64,000 nucleotides of DNA, taken from the NCBI GenBank assembly GCA_964409385.1, contig CAYPCY010000003.1:1885-65884 (forward strand). The letters run 5' to 3'. Positions 63,714 to 64,000 of the stretch are shown in pieces. The position numbers and the translations under genes were made by a program. The notes beneath the pieces were generated by a model. The model was given only the letters and a program-made list of their open reading frames with translations, was not told the DNA's origin and made no database searches. The DNA comes from an uncultured Methanosarcinales archaeon (GTDB taxonomy: Archaea > Nanobdellota > Nanobdellia > Woesearchaeales > CAYPCY01). Within the stretch, counting starts at the first letter, position 1. The number at the start of each line of letters is the position of its first letter.

Positions 63714-64000
63714 CCTTCCAAGTTATAATTCTTTGACCAGTAAAACTAGTAACATCATGAAACTTCTCAAAACCACTAGAATACTCCCCATCCAAATAAA
63801 ATAATTTAGTAAATGTAGATAATGAAAGTTCAGGAGAAATAATTAAAACCTTATTACTCCTTAATAAAACATCAAAGTAAACCCCACCACCCAATTCATA
63901 AACATCAAGATTTTCAGAAGCAACAACCAACCTATTAGGACTAACTTCAGTAGTGCCTAACCTAACTCCAGACTGTGTATCAACAGTAGAAATTAAGAAA
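63697..64000 (-). CDS. Hypothetical protein, 5'-partial (continues beyond the right window edge)
   Basis: The track starts at TTG 63930, but the frame stays open to 63999 (hand-checked: ..FLISTVDTQSGVRLGTTEVSPNRLVVASEN..). Confidence 0.5.
   Translation of the reverse strand, partial: FLISTVDTQSGVRLGTTEVSPNRLVVASENLDVYELGGGVYFDVLLRSNKVLIISPELSLSTFTKLFYLDGEYSSGFEKFHDVTSFTGQRIITWKVVFDE

Overview
This is an AT-rich, very tightly packed archaeal chromosome segment. The informational genes are clearly archaeal: topoisomerase VI A/B, archaeal DnaG, proteasome beta, aCPSF1/FttA, eL43 (L37Ae), RpoP, prefoldin beta, and Rio kinase with a KH/Dim2 protein. Overlapping gene ends, many large secreted Cys-rich proteins and intron-bearing tRNAs suggest a DPANN-like lineage, but that is inference.

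Housekeeping content:
- secDF, guaB, ppsA, nth, pcm, trxA and an MscS channel.
- An nrdR-nrdJ-pduO-FNR cluster.
- A glycosylation cluster at the right end.
- Four tRNAs: Pro, Cys, Arg and Trp. tRNA-Arg carries two introns and tRNA-Trp carries one.

Most interesting items:
1. A minus-strand operon (8505 to 1) couples an ABC exporter to Rhs-core and SpvB-like secreted proteins. It ends in a 1021-codon Cys-rich ORF that the supplied track misses because the ORF runs off the left edge.
2. A six-gene operon (58818 to 49762) is led by a ParA/MinD-like ATPase and encodes PKD, CARDB-like and beta-barrel-like exported proteins.
3. Two arrays of GTCTCA iterons with exact 11-bp phasing lie upstream of a small HTH gene.
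4. A conserved structured element about 58 nt long, showing a compensatory base change, lies next to two tRNA loci.
5. A GC-rich ncRNA candidate with its own TATA box lies upstream of dnaG.
6. A paralogous small-protein pair has one frameshifted copy.

All product calls come from motif recognition by eye. No searches were run.
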